Shown: one piece after another, positions 62,033-64,000 of the stretch
Position numbering within the stretch: the stretch's first letter is position 1
How the letters are laid out: every line of letters starts with the position of its first letter
Source of the DNA: Nitrosopumilus sp.
GTDB lineage: Archaea; Thermoproteota; Nitrososphaeria; Nitrososphaerales; Nitrosopumilaceae
Length of the DNA stretch: 64,000 nt
Assembly (NCBI GenBank): GCA_965219345.1
Contig: OZ244732.1
Coordinates: 1,568,001 to 1,632,000 of the forward strand
Reading direction: 5' to 3'
Made by a program: the position numbers and the translations under genes
Notes under the pieces: generated by a model
What the model saw: the letters and a program-made list of their open reading frames with translations, nothing else
What the model was told of the DNA's origin: nothing
Databases searched by the model: none

Positions 62033-62812
62033 ATGTCAGCAGTCAAAAACGTAATCAAAGACAACTACAACATGATGCTCCTCAAAGATTATCTAAGAGA
62101 GGCAATCAAAGATGCAGGTTTTTCACATGCAGAAATATCAAAAACTCCAACGGGAACTAGAGTTGCATTACATGTGACAAGACCTGGAATCGTTATAGGA
62201 AGAAAAGGTACGGGAATCAGGGCACTTACCGAAAAACTTGCAACAGACTTTGGATTAAAGAACCCACAAATTTCAGTAGTAGAGATTGAGAAACCAGAGC
62301 TAGTTCCAGGTGTTATGTGTAACAGAATGGCAGCTCACATTGAGCGCGGAACTGCCTTCAGAAGAGCGACAATGTGGACACTAAAACAAATCATGGAAAA
62401 TGGGGCAATGGGAGTTCAGATTACAATTTCGGGGAAACTCAGAGGTGACCGTTCAGCGTTTGAAAAACATACGGCAGGAATCCTGCCAAGAGCAGGACAT
62501 CATGCAGAAATTATTGTTGAGCAAGACATTGCACATGTACAAACTGCAATGGGATTAATTGGGATTAGGATTAGAATTGCAAGAAAAGAAAAGCTTATTC
62601 CAGAATTTGAACTAAAGAAGGGCAAAGAGCAAAAAGAAAAGCCAAAAGAGGTCAAAATGGAAGAAGTTGAGGTTGAAGATGTCAAAGTTGAAGTTATCAA
62701 AGTTGATGGAAATGAAGACAAAGCTAAATCAGAGTCTGAAGTAATTGAATTAGAAGAAAAGAAGATGGAAACGGTAGAAACACTTGAAGAAGAAGAGGAG
62801 AAGTTAAAGTAA
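62033..62812 (+). CDS. rps3: 30S ribosomal protein S3
   Basis: [17 protein letters not shown]; long acidic tail. Confidence 0.96.
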   Translation: MSAVKNVIKDNYNMMLLKDYLREAIKDAGFSHAEISKTPTGTRVALHVTRPGIVIGRKGTGIRALTEKLATDFGLKNPQISVVEIEKPELVPGVMCNRMAAHIERGTAFRRATMWTLKQIMENGAMGVQITISGKLRGDRSAFEKHTAGILPRAGHHAEIIVEQDIAHVQTAMGLIGIRIRIARKEKLIPEFELKKGKEQKEKPKEVKMEEVEVEDVKVEVIKVDGNEDKAKSESEVIELEEKKMETVETLEEEEEKLK

Positions 62813-63033
62813 TGACAAGAATTAGTATGAAAACCATTAGACAGTTAAACGAAAAAGATCTTAAAAGTAAGATTCAAGAAGCAAGAAGCGAACTTACTAA
62901 ACTTAGAGTTGATGGGGCTAAGGGAACACTGAGAAAAGAAAGTGGTAAACTAAAACCACTTCGTCATGACATTGCAAGAATGCTAACTAGAGTAAACGAG
63001 ATGGGGAGAGAGAGAAATGATTACAGCAGATAA
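62812..63033 (+). CDS. rpl29: 50S ribosomal protein L29
   Basis: LRHDIARMLT. Confidence 0.93.
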   Translation: MTRISMKTIRQLNEKDLKSKIQEARSELTKLRVDGAKGTLRKESGKLKPLRHDIARMLTRVNEMGRERNDYSR

Positions 63034-63283
63034 TATTACATCACATGAGTTCATTGGATTACATACTAAAATTACTCAGTCATCAAATCCACAAATTATA
63101 GGATTAAATGGGAGAATTGTTGATGAAACAAAATCAATGTTTAGAATTAACACAAAGAATGGAATGAAATCAATTGCCAAAGCAGAAAATAGTTGGAAGT
63201 TTTCAATTGAAGATCAGGACATAGTAGTTGAGGGTTCCAAAATTGCAAAAAGACCATTTGACAGGATAGGGGGCAAAACATGA
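63017..63283 (+). CDS. rnp1: Ribonuclease P protein subunit Rpp29/POP4
   Basis: HEFIGL, GRIVDETK. Confidence 0.9.
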   Translation: MITADNITSHEFIGLHTKITQSSNPQIIGLNGRIVDETKSMFRINTKNGMKSIAKAENSWKFSIEDQDIVVEGSKIAKRPFDRIGGKT

Positions 63284-63603
63284 CACCAAACATTGGATTA
63301 AAAGTAAAAGAACCCAAAAGAAAGTGTACAGACAGAAATTGTCCATTCCACGGAAATTTATCAGTAAGAGGAAAACTCTTTGATGGAAAGGTGACAGGCA
63401 GTAAAGCAAAGCAGACAATTACATTACAAAAAGAAGCACCAATTTACTTTAGTAAATTTAAGAGATATGCAAGAGGTAAAAGTACGATTCATGCACATGT
63501 ACCAAATTGTATTGACGTTGAATCAGGAGATTTTGTATTAACTGCAGAATGCAGACCAATTTCAAAATCAGTATCATATGTAGTAGTGGAGGTTAGATCA
63601 TAA
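63280..63603 (+). CDS. rps17: 30S ribosomal protein S17
   Basis: CPFHGNLSVRG, ECRPISK. Confidence 0.96.
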   Translation: MTPNIGLKVKEPKRKCTDRNCPFHGNLSVRGKLFDGKVTGSKAKQTITLQKEAPIYFSKFKRYARGKSTIHAHVPNCIDVESGDFVLTAECRPISKSVSYVVVEVRS

Positions 63604-64000
63604 TGGCAAAACAGGCAGGTAAAGGAGTGGAAGAATTCCGTCCATATGTTACAAGAGTAATTCCAGTTGGAGCACAAATTGTGTGTGCTGATAATTCAGG
63701 TGCTAAAATTTTAGAAATAATCAATGTTCCAAGACACAAAACAAGAGCGTCAAGACTTCCTTCAGCAGCAGTAGGGGATTTTTGTAATGTTGTAGTAAAG
63801 AAAGGACCAGCAGAATTAAGAAAGCAAGTACATGGTGCAGTAATTGTTAGACAAAAATATGCAGTTCGTAGATTAAACGGTGTTAGAGTTTGTTTTGAGG
63901 ACAATGCAGGAGTTCTAATTACTCCGGAAGGAGAAACAAGAGGAACAGACATCAAAGGACCAGTTGCAGCAGAAGCTTCAGAAAAATGGCCAAGAGTAGC
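63603..64000 (+). CDS. rpl14: 50S ribosomal protein L14, 3'-partial
   Basis: CADNSGAK, FEDNAGV. Confidence 0.95.
   Translation, partial: MAKQAGKGVEEFRPYVTRVIPVGAQIVCADNSGAKILEIINVPRHKTRASRLPSAAVGDFCNVVVKKGPAELRKQVHGAVIVRQKYAVRRLNGVRVCFEDNAGVLITPEGETRGTDIKGPVAAEASEKWPRV

Overview
AT-rich archaeal chromosome segment. Gene content and order point to a Nitrosopumilus-like thaumarchaeote (Nitrososphaerota). The GC-rich islands, many IS remnants, repeat-rich secreted proteins and sulfotransferases would fit a host-associated lineage such as a sponge symbiont (inference). The backbone carries housekeeping genes: aminotransferase, tRNA-Phe, ilvA, purE/purK, thiolase, thrC, GAPDH, HMG-CoA synthase, bioD/A/B/F, ccdA/redoxin, an ESCRT-III paralog, proteasome alpha and the rpl3-rpl14 ribosomal cluster. 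Five accessory regions interrupt it. (1) A 5.1 kb element (2536-7631) bounded by ~50 bp inverted repeats and an 8 bp target duplication, with no cognate transposase; it holds an IS481 and two repeat-insert-repeat units of 66 bp period. (2) An integrase-remnant island with a beta-propeller surface protein carrying a C11 tract. (3) IS5 and IS1595 scars. (4) A sulfotransferase-GT2-sulfotransferase cassette bracketed by two inverted IS110 left ends, whose non-coding part folds by eye into a bridge-RNA-like two-loop structure; one end carries a 92 bp MITE. (5) A small virus-like or toxin-like patch with an ADP-ribosyltransferase-like ORF. All calls come from reading the sequence; no database searches or folding programs were run.
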